Below are positions 19,714 through 30,384 of a DNA stretch of 54,070 bases, piece after piece. The notes beneath the pieces are model-generated. The model was given only the letters and a program-made list of their open reading frames with translations, was not told where the DNA came from and did not search any database. This DNA is from an uncultured Pyrinomonadaceae bacterium (GTDB taxonomy: Bacteria; Acidobacteriota; Blastocatellia; Pyrinomonadales; Pyrinomonadaceae). The translations under genes and the position numbers were made by a program. Position 1 is the stretch's first letter; each line of letters begins with the position of its first letter. The stretch lies in the NCBI GenBank assembly GCA_965365505.1, contig CBDUBY010000001.1:1-54070 (forward strand). Reading direction: 5' to 3'.

Positions 19714-20265
19714 ATGTTCCGAACAGAATTAACAATCGAAGGTTTGTTGAAACTCGATATTCGGACGCGGCGCGAAACTATTCGCACGACGATGATGGAC
19801 GAAACCGCATTCGAGAATTTTTACAACGAGCATTCGCGCCCGCTCTGGAGCTACGTCCGCCGTCTGGCAAACAGCGCGGAAGTTGCCGACGACGTTGTTC
19901 AGGAAAGTTTTCTGCGGTTTCTCGGAGCAGCGATGCGCGATGACACGAATCGGCGAGCTTATCTTTACCGCATCGCCACAAATCTGGTTTATGACAATTT
20001 CCGGCGCGGCACACGCGAAAAGAGTCAACCGATTTCCGATACGGAAATCGAATCGGGTTATGAACCGTTCGCGCCGAAAAGCGACATCGGCAAGGTCTTT
20101 GATAAACTAAAAACGCAGGAACGCGCGCTTTTATGGCTGGCTTATGTCGAAGGCTACGACCACAAGGAAATCGCCGCGACGCTCAGTTTGCAATCGTTGA
20201 GCGTTCGCGTTCTTTTGTTTCGCGCCCGCCGCAGGCTCGTCAGATTACTGGATGAAAAAATTTGA
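19714..20265 (+). CDS. ECF RNA polymerase sigma factor
   Basis: Region 2 (PLWSYVRRLANSAEVADDVVQESFLRFL) and region 4 (LWLAYVEGYDHKEIAATLSLQSLSVRVLLFRARRRL). Alternative start at ATG 19792. Confidence 0.85.
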   Translation: MFRTELTIEGLLKLDIRTRRETIRTTMMDETAFENFYNEHSRPLWSYVRRLANSAEVADDVVQESFLRFLGAAMRDDTNRRAYLYRIATNLVYDNFRRGTREKSQPISDTEIESGYEPFAPKSDIGKVFDKLKTQERALLWLAYVEGYDHKEIAATLSLQSLSVRVLLFRARRRLVRLLDEKI

Positions 20266-20268
20266 GAG

Positions 20269-20742
20269 GTGTGTAATTTTATGTTGACAAAAAACTTTTG
20301 TGAATTTGAAAACCGCATCGTCAAATCGTCGAAATCGGGCGCGGCGACCGAAGAAATTTCCGCTCATCTCGAAACCTGTGCCGATTGCCGTGAAGCGGCG
20401 CGAATCGTTTCGCTGTTTCAAAACGAACTAAAAAACACAATCGCTCCGCAACATCTGCCGACCGCCGGACTCATCTGGTGGAAATCGCGTCTGCGCGAAA
20501 AACAACGGCGCGCTGCTCAAGTCGGTCAGCCAATTTTAATCGTTCAAATAGTCTCGGTGATTGTCTTCGGCGGCGCGCTCGTCTGGTTGTTCAATAACGG
20601 CTGGTTGAAATCTTCGGCAATCGGCAAACTGCTCGACTCGATTGATAAAATCTTCGTGCCGCTGCTTGCCGGGACAGTCGGCTTTTTGTTCCTCTGTTTG
20701 ATTTTAATTTTCACATTGCGCCGTTATCTGCTGGAAAAATAA
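20269..20742 (+). CDS. anti-sigma factor (zf-HC2) with two TM helices
   Basis: HLETCADCREAARIV (H-x3-C-x2-C). Directly follows the sigma gene. The track start is GTG 20269, and ATG 20281 is an alternative. Confidence 0.75.
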   Translation: MCNFMLTKNFCEFENRIVKSSKSGAATEEISAHLETCADCREAARIVSLFQNELKNTIAPQHLPTAGLIWWKSRLREKQRRAAQVGQPILIVQIVSVIVFGGALVWLFNNGWLKSSAIGKLLDSIDKIFVPLLAGTVGFLFLCLILIFTLRRYLLEK

Positions 20743-20764
20743 TTTCGCTGAAAAGCAATTTCCA

Positions 20765-20799
20765 AAAAGCCTTCCAACGGCGGAAGGCTTTTTATTTTG
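20765..20799 (+). terminator. intrinsic terminator after the anti-sigma gene
   Basis: AAAAGCCTTCC-aacggc-GGAAGGCTTTT followed by TATTTT. Confidence 0.75.
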
Positions 20800-20871
20800 A
20801 CGGGCGGCGCGAATCGCAAATTTCTAAGTCAATCGAATTTATTGTATATTTTCAGTAGCATCAAAAATTTT

Positions 20872-22185
20872 ATGAACCAAACTTATATCAACGAATTAAA
20901 AAATCACATCGGCAGTGCGGTCACGTTAAAGGGCTGGCTTTACAATTCGCGTTCGAGCGGCAAACTGGTTTTCGCGCAACTGCGCGACGGCACGGGCATC
21001 GTGCAATGCGTCGTTTTTAAAGGCAACTCGGAAGAAGTTTTTGAAAAGGCGAAAGCCCTGGGACAAGAATCTTCGTTAATCGTTCACGGCACGGTTAAAG
21101 AGGACACGCGCTCGGCAATCGGCGTGGAAGTTGATGTCACCGACATCGAAGTTTTGCAAAACGCTTCGGATTATCCGATTACGCCGAAGGAACACGGCAC
21201 GGAATTTTTGATGGACAACCGGCATTTATGGATTCGGTCGAAAAAGCAGAACGCGGTTTTGAAAGTTCGCCACACGGTCGTCAAAGCGACGAGAGATTTT
21301 TTCGATAATAATGGTTTTATATTAGCCGACACGCCGATTTTTACGCCCGCCGCCTGCGAAGGCACGACGACGCTTTTCGAGGTTGATTATTTTGAAGACG
21401 ACAAGGCTTATTTGACGCAAAGCGGTCAGCTTTACAACGAAGCGACCGCCGCAAGTCTTGGCAGAAGTTATTGTTTCGGTCCGGTTTTCCGCGCCGAAAA
21501 ATCAAAAACCAGAAGACATTTGACGGAATTTTGGATGGTCGAACCGGAAATGGCTTATGCGCAGCTCGACGATGTGATGACGCTGGGCGAAGGTTTGATA
21601 AATTTTATTGTCGAAAGAGTTTTGAACGACCGGCAGGAAGAATTAATAATTTTAGAGCGCGACGTTTCAAAACTGGAAGCGATTCCGCAGAACAAATTTC
21701 CGCGCGTTCATTACGACGATGCGGTGAAAATTTTGCAAAGCGGATTTGAAAAAGGCGAACTCGAACAAAATTTTGAATGGGGCGGCGATTTCGGCGCGCC
21801 CGACGAAACTTATATCTCCAAACAATACGACGCGCCCGTTTTCGTTCATCATTTCCCTGCCGTCATCAAAGCGTTTTATTTCGAACGCGATGCCGAACGC
21901 CCCGAACTCGCGCTCGGCGCAGACCTGCTCGCGCCCGAAGGTTACGGCGAAGTCATCGGCGGCGGCGAACGCGCGATGAATCTGGAATTTTTAGAAAAAC
22001 AAATCGAAGCGCATAATTTGCCGAAAGAATCTTTTGAATGGTATCTCGACCTGCGGCGTTTCGGCTCTGTTCCGCACGCCGGTTTCGGAATGGGCATCGA
22101 ACGCTGCACGGCTTGGATGTGCGGCATCGAGCACGTCAGGGAAACGATTCCGTTTCCGCGAATGTTGTATCGCTTGAAACCCTGA
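20872..22185 (+). CDS. asnS: asparaginyl-tRNA synthetase
   Basis: Class IIb architecture: an OB domain ([26 protein letters not shown]), motif 2 [24 protein letters not shown], motif 3 GFGMGIERC, and an AsnRS-like length of about 437 aa from ATG 20872. Confidence 0.9.
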   Translation: MNQTYINELKNHIGSAVTLKGWLYNSRSSGKLVFAQLRDGTGIVQCVVFKGNSEEVFEKAKALGQESSLIVHGTVKEDTRSAIGVEVDVTDIEVLQNASDYPITPKEHGTEFLMDNRHLWIRSKKQNAVLKVRHTVVKATRDFFDNNGFILADTPIFTPAACEGTTTLFEVDYFEDDKAYLTQSGQLYNEATAASLGRSYCFGPVFRAEKSKTRRHLTEFWMVEPEMAYAQLDDVMTLGEGLINFIVERVLNDRQEELIILERDVSKLEAIPQNKFPRVHYDDAVKILQSGFEKGELEQNFEWGGDFGAPDETYISKQYDAPVFVHHFPAVIKAFYFERDAERPELALGADLLAPEGYGEVIGGGERAMNLEFLEKQIEAHNLPKESFEWYLDLRRFGSVPHAGFGMGIERCTAWMCGIEHVRETIPFPRMLYRLKP

Positions 22186-22199
22186 AAATAAATTTAAGA

Positions 22200-23465
22200 A
22201 TGCGAAAAACAAAAAGCAGATTTTTTCTCGCGTCTTTGCGCGTCTGCGTCATAGGGTTAATTTTTTCCTTTGCCGCTGCCGCGCAAAAGCCAATCAAAGA
22301 CCTCAAACTAACCGTGATTTTAATCGCGCTCGACGGTTTTCGCGCCGATTATCTCGATAAATATCAGCCGCCAACTTTGAATAAACTGGCAAGCGAAGGC
22401 GTGCGGGCAAAATGGCTGATTCCGTCTTTTCCGACGAAAACTTTTCCGAATCATTATACGGTCGCTACCGGACTTTACCCGGACAATCACGGCATCATCG
22501 AAAATAATATGTATGACGCGATGTTCGATGCCGAGTTTCATCTGGACAATGAAGCGGTGCGCGACGGTCGCTGGTGGAGCGGCGAACCGATTTGGGTAAC
22601 GGCTGAACGGCAAAATCAACGCGCCGCTTCTTTCTTTTATCCCGGCACTGAAGCCGATATTATGGGCGTCAGACCGACTTTTACCCGTGAATACAACGGG
22701 AAAGTTCCGAATGAATTGCGTGTGGATACGATTCTTGAATGGCTCGATTTACCGGCGAGTAAACGACCGACGATGTTCACGATTTATTTTAGTTTGATTG
22801 ATGATGCGGGACACGAATTTTCCGGCAACGCGGTTGAAACCCGTTACGATGTTTTGAATATTGACCGCACCGTCGGGCGATTGGTTGACGGCTTAAAAAA
22901 GCGAAAAATTGACGAACAGGCGAATCTGATATTTTTTTCCGACCACGGAATGTCAACTTATACGCGGCGCAACGCGATTATTCTCGATGAGATGTTTGAC
23001 GAGAATCTCGCCGAGCGCGTTTTTTATGTCGGCGAGTTTGTGCAGATTTTCCCGAAAGCCGGAAAGGAAGACGAAATCTACCAAACGATAAAATCGAAAT
23101 TGCCGCCGAACGCGAAAATCTATCGCAAATCGGAACTGCCCGCCAGATTCAAATTCGGCAAGCACCCGCGAATCGCGCCGCTGCTTGTTTTGCCGGACGC
23201 AGGCTCGATTGTTATGAAGCGAAAGGATTTCGACAAGGCGAAAAAAGACGGCACGCTCGACAAACCGCGCGGCGCGCACGGTTACGACAATCAAGATGAA
23301 TCAATGCGTGCGACCTTCATCGCGCACGGCGCGGCGTTTAAAAATGGAATAATTGTCGAGCCCTTTGAAAATATCCACATTTACAATTTGATGACGAAAA
23401 TTTTAGGCTTGACTCCGGCGAAAAACGATGGCGATTTTGAAAGAGTAAAGGGATTTTTGAAATAA
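22200..23465 (+). CDS. secreted nucleotide pyrophosphatase/phosphodiesterase (ENPP family)
   Basis: Signal peptide, then LDGFRADYLDKYQPPTLNKLASEGV, the nucleophile motif FPTKTFPNHYTVATGLYPDNHGII, DDAGHEFG-like and SDHGM motifs. Real start is ATG 22200, since the track ORF overlaps asnS. Confidence 0.88.
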   Translation: MRKTKSRFFLASLRVCVIGLIFSFAAAAQKPIKDLKLTVILIALDGFRADYLDKYQPPTLNKLASEGVRAKWLIPSFPTKTFPNHYTVATGLYPDNHGIIENNMYDAMFDAEFHLDNEAVRDGRWWSGEPIWVTAERQNQRAASFFYPGTEADIMGVRPTFTREYNGKVPNELRVDTILEWLDLPASKRPTMFTIYFSLIDDAGHEFSGNAVETRYDVLNIDRTVGRLVDGLKKRKIDEQANLIFFSDHGMSTYTRRNAIILDEMFDENLAERVFYVGEFVQIFPKAGKEDEIYQTIKSKLPPNAKIYRKSELPARFKFGKHPRIAPLLVLPDAGSIVMKRKDFDKAKKDGTLDKPRGAHGYDNQDESMRATFIAHGAAFKNGIIVEPFENIHIYNLMTKILGLTPAKNDGDFERVKGFLK

Positions 23466-23471
23466 ACAAAA

Positions 23472-24350
23472 TCATTCGGCGCGAATGGTCAGCACCGCAA
23501 TCTCCGGCGGCACGAGAAACCGGAACGGCAAAATGCTCGTGCCTATGCCCGTGGTGACGAACATATCAACATTATTTTCCTTTAGATGTCCGAAAGCATA
23601 TCGCTGTCCATAATTGGACGGAACAAATGGCGAGCCGATAATCGGCAGCCAGACTTGTCCGCCGTGGGTGTGTCCATTGATAACAAGCTTTAAATCTGAT
23701 TGATTCGGCATAGCCATTTGGATTAAATATAAAAGATCGGGACTGTGTTCTAAAACAATTATATCGCCGGCTTGCTCAACGTTTTCCAAAGCACTTCTGA
23801 TTTCTCTTGAAAAACCATCCTGAGTTTTGATTTCCATATGGTCTTTCACGCCTAAAATACGCAGCTTTTGTCCGTCTTTTTCGATAAAGGCGACTTCGGT
23901 TTGCAATACCTGATAACCGACGCGCTTGAATTCGGCGGCAATTTCATCGCCGCCGTGCCAAACATCGTGATTACCTAAAACAACGAAAACTCCATACTTT
24001 GCTCGAAATCCGCGAAGATTGTCGGCGATGATCGCCACCGCCATTTTGAGTTTCTTTCGGTCGGCATCTTGCTGCGAAACATAATCGCCGATCAACACGA
24101 TAATATCCGCGTTTTGCTCGTTTGTTTTCTCGACGATTTGCCGGAGTTTTTCTTTCGTCACACCGTTTGAGCCGCCGTGAATATCGGAGATGGCAACGAT
24201 TTTCAAATTATCAAAAGCCGGATTCCAATTTTTTATTTTGATAACAGTTTCGTTGATGACCAGCCGATTAGGTTCGATAAAAAAAGCGTAAGCCAACATC
24301 AACAATCCCAAAATGAAGACAACCGCGATAATCGGCAAATACTTTTTCAT
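23472..24350 (-). CDS. membrane-anchored metallophosphoesterase (YaeI-like)
   Basis: [17 protein letters not shown] and GHTHGGQ motifs, with an N-terminal TM helix. Confidence 0.88.
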   Translation of the reverse strand: MKKYLPIIAVVFILGLLMLAYAFFIEPNRLVINETVIKIKNWNPAFDNLKIVAISDIHGGSNGVTKEKLRQIVEKTNEQNADIIVLIGDYVSQQDADRKKLKMAVAIIADNLRGFRAKYGVFVVLGNHDVWHGGDEIAAEFKRVGYQVLQTEVAFIEKDGQKLRILGVKDHMEIKTQDGFSREIRSALENVEQAGDIIVLEHSPDLLYLIQMAMPNQSDLKLVINGHTHGGQVWLPIIGSPFVPSNYGQRYAFGHLKENNVDMFVTTGIGTSILPFRFLVPPEIAVLTIRAE

Positions 24351-24360
24351 TGCATTTTGA

Positions 24361-26121
24361 TTACTTATTCACCGGAAAATACTCGCGCCAGCGGTCGTCA
24401 ACTAATTTCACAATATCGTCGCGCGGCTCGACTTCTTTCGGATACCACGGTTTCATTCTGGCATCAATAACAACGGGCGCGTCATAAACGATATGATTAT
24501 TTTTGATTTCGGCTTTTCCGGCGTATATGTCGGTCGAAGGATTAAAGCGCGTCCAGGTCGCCCATAAAAATTTATCCGTAGATTTGGCGAATTCGACCGA
24601 ATCGTGCAGCACGACGATTTGCCAGTCGGCGAATTTTCCCGATTGAGCAATCTGCCCGGCGAGCTGCTCATTTTGTTTGTAACTTTCACCCTCGACGACC
24701 AAACAACCGCCGCAGAAAACTTCGGCGCGACTTAAATAGCTCGGCAAGTCGCCTTTGAATTCGCGCTGCAATTTTCTTTTCGCTTCGCCCACGCCGACGA
24801 GCATCGCCTTGCTGCCGTGATTTATTTTGCCGCTGGCGTAGTCCAAAGTGTCGAACGCGGTGCGGTCGAAAATAAAGAAATCGCTCGCCCAGTCAACTCT
24901 TTCGAGAATGTATTCAAACAGTGATTTGAAGTCGCGCAAATTTTGCGGCTTGTCGGTTAAGAGTAAAAATTTAGTCAGCGATAATTGACCTTCGCCCAAA
25001 ATCCGAAAGCCTGCTCCGAGTGCTTCTCTCGCGTATCTTTCTTTGACGACCGCCGCCGCGAGCGAATGAAAACCGGTTTCGCCGTAGCTCCATAAATCCT
25101 TCACGGCAGGCATCACGAGCGGAAAAAGCGGCGACAGCAATTCCTGTAAATAATCGCCGATGTAAAAATCTTCCTGTCTCGGTTTGCCGACGACCGTCGC
25201 CGGATAGATCGCATCTTTGCGATGGAAAACCGCTTCGGCGTGAAAAACCGGATAATCGTGAATCAGCGAATAATAACCGTAATGGTCGCCGAACGCGCCT
25301 TCGGGTCGCCGCTCTTTCGGCGGAACTCGACCGCAAATCGCGAACTCGGCTTCGGCAATCAAGCGATGATGATTTTCAATCGGATTGGCGACGGTTTCGA
25401 TTTTCCCATCAGCCAGAACCGAAGCCAGCACTAATTCGGGAACGTCTTCGGGCAACGGCGCGATTGCCGACAAAATCATCGCGGGCGCGCCGCCTAAGAA
25501 AATCGTGACGGGCAAAGATTCGCTGCGCTGTTCGGCTTCCTGATAATGAAAACCGCCGCCTTTGTGAATCTGCCAGTGGATTCCGGTTGTTTGTTTATCG
25601 TATCGCTGTATGCGATACATACCGAGATTGTGTTTGCCGTTCGTCGGGCTTTCGGTGTAAACGAGCGGCAAGGTAATGAAATGTCCGCCGTCTTCGTGCC
25701 ACAATTGCAAAAGCGGCAGTTCTTCGAGATTCGCGGGTTTGTCGCAGACTTCCAGAATCGGTGCGCGCCTGACCTTTTTTGTTCCTAACTTTAAAGCCGA
25801 AAAAGCCAAATCTCGAAACTGCCACAGTTCCTTCGGTTTCGGCGGCAACAATACTTCAACAGCTTCGACCGCTTTTTTCACCAGTTCCTGTGGTTTTTTC
25901 CCAAACGCCAAATCTATCCGTTTCGCCGTGCCGAAAAGATTTGTCACGACACGATAAGGCGAATTTTTCACCTGATTGAACAGCAGGGCTTTTCCCTTTT
26001 CTTCAATCGTGCGGCGATGAATCTCGGCAATCTCCAAATACGAATCAACTTCGGTTTCGATTTCAATTAAATCCTGTTCTTTTTTCAGCGTCTGGATAAA
26101 CGAACGCAGGTTTTTGTGCAT
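24361..26121 (-). CDS. UbiD-family (prenylated-FMN dependent) decarboxylase
   Basis: The N-terminus [34 protein letters not shown]...VVTNLFG and overall length fit long UbiD homologues. No UbiX gene is in the window. Confidence 0.85.
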   Translation of the reverse strand: MHKNLRSFIQTLKKEQDLIEIETEVDSYLEIAEIHRRTIEEKGKALLFNQVKNSPYRVVTNLFGTAKRIDLAFGKKPQELVKKAVEAVEVLLPPKPKELWQFRDLAFSALKLGTKKVRRAPILEVCDKPANLEELPLLQLWHEDGGHFITLPLVYTESPTNGKHNLGMYRIQRYDKQTTGIHWQIHKGGGFHYQEAEQRSESLPVTIFLGGAPAMILSAIAPLPEDVPELVLASVLADGKIETVANPIENHHRLIAEAEFAICGRVPPKERRPEGAFGDHYGYYSLIHDYPVFHAEAVFHRKDAIYPATVVGKPRQEDFYIGDYLQELLSPLFPLVMPAVKDLWSYGETGFHSLAAAVVKERYAREALGAGFRILGEGQLSLTKFLLLTDKPQNLRDFKSLFEYILERVDWASDFFIFDRTAFDTLDYASGKINHGSKAMLVGVGEAKRKLQREFKGDLPSYLSRAEVFCGGCLVVEGESYKQNEQLAGQIAQSGKFADWQIVVLHDSVEFAKSTDKFLWATWTRFNPSTDIYAGKAEIKNNHIVYDAPVVIDARMKPWYPKEVEPRDDIVKLVDDRWREYFPVNK

Positions 26122-26176
26122 CTCTTGATTTATTAACTTAGCAAACGACTTTTTTTAATTGAATCAAATTTTAACA

Positions 26177-27466
26177 ATGAAAACAAACAAGTTATTTTTC
26201 TGCTTCGCGCTAATCGCCATTAGTGTCCTAAATTTCAAAAGCTATTCCCAGACCGCCGATGAAATGAGCCGCAGCCGTCAATTTGAAAAACAGGCGAACG
26301 CCCATTACAAAGCGAAAAACTTTGCCGGTTTTTTATCGAATATCAAACAAGCCGCCGATTTGCGTCCGAATCATTCGCGTCTGCTTTATAATTCTGCGGT
26401 CGGTTACGCTCTTAACAACCAACCTGACGCTGCGCTCGAAACTCTCGAACGGCTTGCAGTGATGAATCTTTATTTCGACGTTGTGGCGGATGAGGACTTT
26501 GCCGCTCTGAAAAAACTCAAGCGATTTAAAGAAGCGCAGATAAGATTCGACCGCAACCGACAACCGATTAATAAAAGCGTCAGGGCGTTTTCACTGCCCG
26601 ACAAAGATTTAATTACCGAAAGCGTGGCATTCGATCCCAAATCAAATAGATTTTTTGTCAGCAGCGTTCATCAAAAAAAAATTTTCGCCGTTGACAAAAA
26701 TAAAACAGTCAGCGAATTTTCCGCCGAATCCGACGGTTTATGGAGCGTTCTCGGAATGAAAGTTGACGAACGCCGACAAATTTTATGGGTTTGCAGCGCG
26801 GCGTTTCCGCAGATGCGCGGATTCAAAAAAGAAAACGACGGCAAATCAGGAATCTTTAAATACGACTTGGCAACGGGCAAATTATTGGGAAAATACCTGC
26901 TCGGCAACGAATCGGAAAAACACGCGCTCGGCGATTTAATCGTTAATACGCGCGGCGATGTTTTCGCCACCGACAGTGTTTCCGCCAAAATTTATTCGAT
27001 AGATTCGCAGACCGATCGGCTGGAAGTTTTCCTCGAAAACGACTTTTTTGAATCGCCGCAAGGTTTGACTTTCACGCCCGATGAAAAATTTATGTATGTT
27101 GCCGATTATTCAAAAGGCATTTTCAAAATCGAGATAAAAACCAGAAAGATGATTCAACTCGCACCGGCAAACGATGTTACGGTTTTAGGCATTGACGGGC
27201 TTTATTTTCATCGCGGAAAACTCGTCGCCATTCAAAACGGCACCAATCCGCCGCGCGTTTTGCAGTTGTCATTCAATGAAAATCAAATTACGAAATCCAA
27301 AACTCTCGAAACCAACCACGCCGATTTCAATGAACCGACGCTCGGCGTTGTGGTCGGCGAAGACTTTTACTTTATCGCCAACAGTCAATGGAATAACGTA
27401 AACGAGAAAGGTGAACTCGCCGTTGAAAAATTACGCGAGCCTTTAATTTTGCGGTTAAAATTGTAG
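26177..27466 (+). CDS. secreted TPR + six-bladed beta-propeller (SMP-30/gluconolactonase/LRE-like) protein
   Basis: Signal peptide MKTNKLFFCFALIAISVLNF, TPR-like N-terminal region, and repeated blade motifs (ESVAFDP, GDLIVNTRGDVFATD, PQGLTFTPDEKFMYVAD, IDGLYFHRGKLVAIQ). Confidence 0.6.
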   Translation: MKTNKLFFCFALIAISVLNFKSYSQTADEMSRSRQFEKQANAHYKAKNFAGFLSNIKQAADLRPNHSRLLYNSAVGYALNNQPDAALETLERLAVMNLYFDVVADEDFAALKKLKRFKEAQIRFDRNRQPINKSVRAFSLPDKDLITESVAFDPKSNRFFVSSVHQKKIFAVDKNKTVSEFSAESDGLWSVLGMKVDERRQILWVCSAAFPQMRGFKKENDGKSGIFKYDLATGKLLGKYLLGNESEKHALGDLIVNTRGDVFATDSVSAKIYSIDSQTDRLEVFLENDFFESPQGLTFTPDEKFMYVADYSKGIFKIEIKTRKMIQLAPANDVTVLGIDGLYFHRGKLVAIQNGTNPPRVLQLSFNENQITKSKTLETNHADFNEPTLGVVVGEDFYFIANSQWNNVNEKGELAVEKLREPLILRLKL

Positions 27467-27471
27467 CGGTA

Positions 27472-27507
27472 TAAAAATCAAAAGGGCGAAAATCGTTTCT
27501 CGCCCTT
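27472..27507 (-). terminator. intrinsic terminator after the hbd-like gene
   Basis: On the minus strand: AAGGGCGA-loop-TCGCCCTT followed by TTGATTTTT. Confidence 0.6.
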
Positions 27508-27515
27508 CAAACAAT

Positions 27516-28364
27516 TTATTGATATTCGTAAAAACCTTTACCTGATTTTCTGCCGAGCCAACCTGCGTCAACCATTTTTACAAGCAGCGGACACGGACGA
27601 TATTTTGAATCGGCAAAACCCGTGTGCAAAACATTCATAATTGCCAGACAAACGTCCAAACCGATAAAATCGGCGAGCGTTAAAGGTCCCATCGGATGAT
27701 TCATTCCGAGTTTCATCACTTCATCAATAGCCTCGCGCGTCGCCACGCCTTCGTGAAGCGCGAAAATGGCTTCGTTTATCATCGGCATCAAAACGCGATT
27801 TGAAACAAAACCCGGAAAATCGTTGCACTCGTGCGGAACTTTGCCGAGTGTTTCGGTCAATTCTTTCACTTTCGCGTAAGTTTCATCGGAAGTAGCAATG
27901 CCGCGAATAATCTCGACTAATTTCATCAGCGGAACCGGATTAAAAAAGTGCATCCCGATAACCTTGTCGGCGCGATTTGTCACGCCCGCGATTTTCGTAA
28001 TCGAGATTGACGAAGTATTGGAAGCCAAAATCGTTTCCGGCGGGCAAGCCGCGTCGAGCGTTTGAAAAATCTGTTTCTTGATGTCGAAGTTCTCGGTTGC
28101 CGCTTCGACGATTAGCGAACAGTACTTCAAATCTTCAAGATTTGTCGTTGTTCTAATCCTGCCCAAAGCCGAGTTTTTATCCTCTTCGGTCATCGTTTCT
28201 TTTTTGACGAAACGGTCAAGACTTTTCCCGATACTACTGATCGCCTTTTCTAAAAATTCGGCTTTTATATCACAGACGATAACATCAAACCCTTTTGTTG
28301 CGGCAGTCTGCGCGATGCCGTTGCCCATTGTGCCGGAGCCGACGACTCCGATTTTTTCACTCAT
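27516..28364 (-). CDS. hbd: 3-hydroxybutyryl-CoA dehydrogenase
   Basis: [15 protein letters not shown] Rossmann motif, [22 protein letters not shown] and a C-terminal [11 protein letters not shown]. Confidence 0.92.
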   Translation of the reverse strand: MSEKIGVVGSGTMGNGIAQTAATKGFDVIVCDIKAEFLEKAISSIGKSLDRFVKKETMTEEDKNSALGRIRTTTNLEDLKYCSLIVEAATENFDIKKQIFQTLDAACPPETILASNTSSISITKIAGVTNRADKVIGMHFFNPVPLMKLVEIIRGIATSDETYAKVKELTETLGKVPHECNDFPGFVSNRVLMPMINEAIFALHEGVATREAIDEVMKLGMNHPMGPLTLADFIGLDVCLAIMNVLHTGFADSKYRPCPLLVKMVDAGWLGRKSGKGFYEYQ

Positions 28365-28450
28365 ATTAAATAGTAGTCCTTTTTGATATTTTACTGATAA
28401 AACTTGCTATAGAATTTATCTAAAATCCGCCCGCAAAACAAACACGCGAA

Positions 28451-28492
28451 CTATAAAGAAAAAGGCAAAAGCGATTGTTCAGCCTTGCCTTT
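28451..28492 (-). terminator. possible intrinsic terminator after membrane protein gene
   Basis: AAAGGCAA / TTGCCTTT 8-bp stem with a large 16-nt loop, then TTCTTTAT on the minus strand. Confidence 0.35.
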
Positions 28493-28514
28493 GCCCTTCA
28501 ATTTCGCTGCTTGT

Positions 28515-28973
28515 TTATCTCCAATTGTGCGGTTGTTTCTCCCGGTAGTCATTGAATTGAAAATCATTGACCGCGTTCGCTTCGCCGAGTTGTTTTTGGT
28601 TCGTCCAATTACCGTAGAAATTATTTCCTTCGTCACCAAAAAGAAAAATTAAGGCGAAAACTCCGGCAGCAGTTCCGAGCGGCATACTCATACAGGCAAT
28701 AATCGCGCCCGCGATTCCCCAATTTTTGGCGTTCGGATGTTCCTTATACATTTTCCATCCGCCGATAATTTGAGGAGCGACAAAAACGGCGGCAAAAATT
28801 GCTATAAAAGTCACCATAAAGCCCACAAACGCTTTCGGAAAGCTGGGATCGGCACTGAAAACGACGGCGAAAAAAGCAAGCATTAGCAAATACATCAATC
28901 CTAAAAAACCGCCGTGCGCCATTAAGAAAATTCCAGCTAACTTATTTTTTTCCCTTGCCGTCATTATCTTCAC
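28515..28973 (-). CDS. hypothetical 4-TM membrane protein
   Basis: Four hydrophobic helices and a Gln/Asn-rich tail. Sits between the hbd and thiolase genes. Confidence 0.6.
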   Translation of the reverse strand: MKIMTAREKNKLAGIFLMAHGGFLGLMYLLMLAFFAVVFSADPSFPKAFVGFMVTFIAIFAAVFVAPQIIGGWKMYKEHPNAKNWGIAGAIIACMSMPLGTAAGVFALIFLFGDEGNNFYGNWTNQKQLGEANAVNDFQFNDYREKQPHNWR

Positions 28974-29039
28974 CTTATAGAAAATGCAGTCAATGTTTTA
29001 TTCGAGATTACATTGACTACATTAAAATGTCCGTAAAAA

Positions 29040-30224
29040 TTAATTTCTTTCGACCGCCAGCGCGACTGAATTGCCGCCGCCTAAGCAAAGTGCGGCAACG
29101 CCTTTCTTCGCGTCGCGGCGTTTTAATTCGTGCAGCAGCGTCGTTAAAATCCGTCCGCCGGAATTTCCAATCGCGTGACCGAGGGCAACCGCGCCGCCGT
29201 TGACGTTGACGTTTTCGCCGTTCATTCCGAGTTCCTTCATCACGCCTAAAGCCTGAACGGAAAATGCTTCGTTAAGTTCAAATAAATCAACTTCCGACAT
29301 TTCCCAACCGGCTTTTTTCAAAACTCGTTTCACGCCTTCGACCGGCGCGAGCATAATGAATTTCGGCTCGATTCCTGATTGCGCCGAAGCGACGATGCGC
29401 GCGAGCGGCTCGATGCCCAACTCTTTTGCTTTCTCTGCCGATGTCACGACAATCGCCGAGCCGCCGTCGTTCACGCCCGGCGCGTTTCCCGCCGTCACGC
29501 TTCCGCCGTCTTTTTTGAATGCCGGTTTTAACTTACCTAAAATCTCGACGGTCGTTTCGCCGCGCACGGTTTCATCATAATCCAAAACAATCGGGTCGCC
29601 TTTTTTCTGCGGAATTTCGACCGGGACGATTTCGTCCTTGAAGCGTCCGGCAGTTTGCGCTTCGTGCGCTTTGCGGTGCGAATTGTAGGCATAATCGTCC
29701 TGCGTTTCGCGCGTAATTTGATGTTTGTCGGCGACGAGTTCGCCCGTGTTGCCCATATGCCAATTTTCAAACGGACACCACAAACCGTCGTTGATCATCA
29801 AATCAACCGCCTGCTGATTGCCCATTCGCATTCCGTCGCGCGCCGTCGGCAGCGCGTATGGAATGTTCGACATTGATTCCATTCCGCCCGCAACGACTAC
29901 TTCCGCATCGCCGAGCATCACGGCTTGCGCGGCGAGCGCGACGGCGCGAAGTCCCGAACCGCAAACCATATTTATCGTGAGCGCCGAAACTTCCGGCGGC
30001 AAGCCCGCTTTTAACGCTGCTTGTCTCGCCGGTGCTTGCCCGATTCCGGCTTGCACGACGCAGCCCATAATCACTTCGTCCACCTCTTCAGGCTTAATTC
30101 CGGCTTTTTCAACTGCCGCTTTAATTGCGATTGCGCCCAACTCAGGAGCGGTAAAGCCTTTGAGCGCACCCTGAAACTTACCGGTCGGCGTTCGCATCGC
30201 GCTGATAATTACTGCATCTCTCAT
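29040..30224 (-). CDS. acetyl-CoA C-acetyltransferase (thiolase II)
   Basis: VCGSGLRAV (active-site Cys), [17 protein letters not shown] and [15 protein letters not shown] motifs. 394 aa. Confidence 0.95.
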   Translation of the reverse strand: MRDAVIISAMRTPTGKFQGALKGFTAPELGAIAIKAAVEKAGIKPEEVDEVIMGCVVQAGIGQAPARQAALKAGLPPEVSALTINMVCGSGLRAVALAAQAVMLGDAEVVVAGGMESMSNIPYALPTARDGMRMGNQQAVDLMINDGLWCPFENWHMGNTGELVADKHQITRETQDDYAYNSHRKAHEAQTAGRFKDEIVPVEIPQKKGDPIVLDYDETVRGETTVEILGKLKPAFKKDGGSVTAGNAPGVNDGGSAIVVTSAEKAKELGIEPLARIVASAQSGIEPKFIMLAPVEGVKRVLKKAGWEMSEVDLFELNEAFSVQALGVMKELGMNGENVNVNGGAVALGHAIGNSGGRILTTLLHELKRRDAKKGVAALCLGGGNSVALAVERN

Positions 30225-30329
30225 AATGTTTATCGAATAATTCTTCCTCTTTAAAAAATCTATAATTTCATAATATCAAAAAAATAAATGACTGGCATTT
30301 GATTGACGAATTAAACCTCACTGGAGTGT

Positions 30330-30361
30330 AAAAAGGCTGGGCTTAATCGCCCAGCCTTTTT
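30330..30361 (-). terminator. intrinsic terminator after FG-GAP gene (hairpin flanked by A- and T-runs)
   Basis: AAAAAGGCTGGGC-ttaatc-GCCCAGCCTTTTT. Confidence 0.85.
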
Positions 30362-30384
30362 ACGCTTCAATTCTCATTGAAAAA

